Source of the DNA: Octopus vulgaris
Lineage: Eukaryota
Length of the DNA: 64,000 nt
Assembly (NCBI GenBank): GCA_951406725.2
Contig: OX597817.1
Location: 98,084,001 to 98,148,000 of the forward strand
Direction of reading: 5' to 3'
Part shown: positions 64,000 through 64,000 of the stretch, piece after piece
How positions within the stretch are numbered: position 1 is the first letter of the stretch
Layout: each line of letters opens with the position of its first letter
The notes under the pieces: model-generated
The model's database searches: none
Told to the model about the DNA's origin: nothing
Seen by the model: the letters and a program-made list of their open reading frames with translations, nothing else
Translations under genes and position numbers: made by a program

Positions 64000-64000
64000 G

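Overview
Very AT-rich eukaryotic (metazoan) DNA with long (TA)n/(CA)n tracts. It is most consistent with an octopod cephalopod, inferred from the tRNA/CORE-type SINEs and the RTE family, not proven. The window is almost entirely nested transposable elements. These are many RTE LINE copies (one near full length with an open 981-aa endonuclease-RT-PHD ORF), CR1-group LINEs (one with tandem CCCH fingers), several Penelope-like elements (PLEs), a decayed Helitron, a nearly intact 2.86-kb hAT transposon with TIRs and an 8-bp TSD, mariner and Merlin remnants, and three SINE families. No intact host gene is evident, but three small minus-strand exons at 31.2-31.8 kb encode a Myb/SANT-like domain. The most notable signals are (i) about ten hammerhead-ribozyme motifs in PLE termini and non-coding PLE-derived elements, including long-stem-II forms, an A3-U8 compensatory core and a recurrent CUGUNGAA core, and (ii) a high density of foldback/palindromic structures of 0.2-2.9 kb. 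Coordinates were read by eye and ends are approximate unless a TIR or TSD is quoted.
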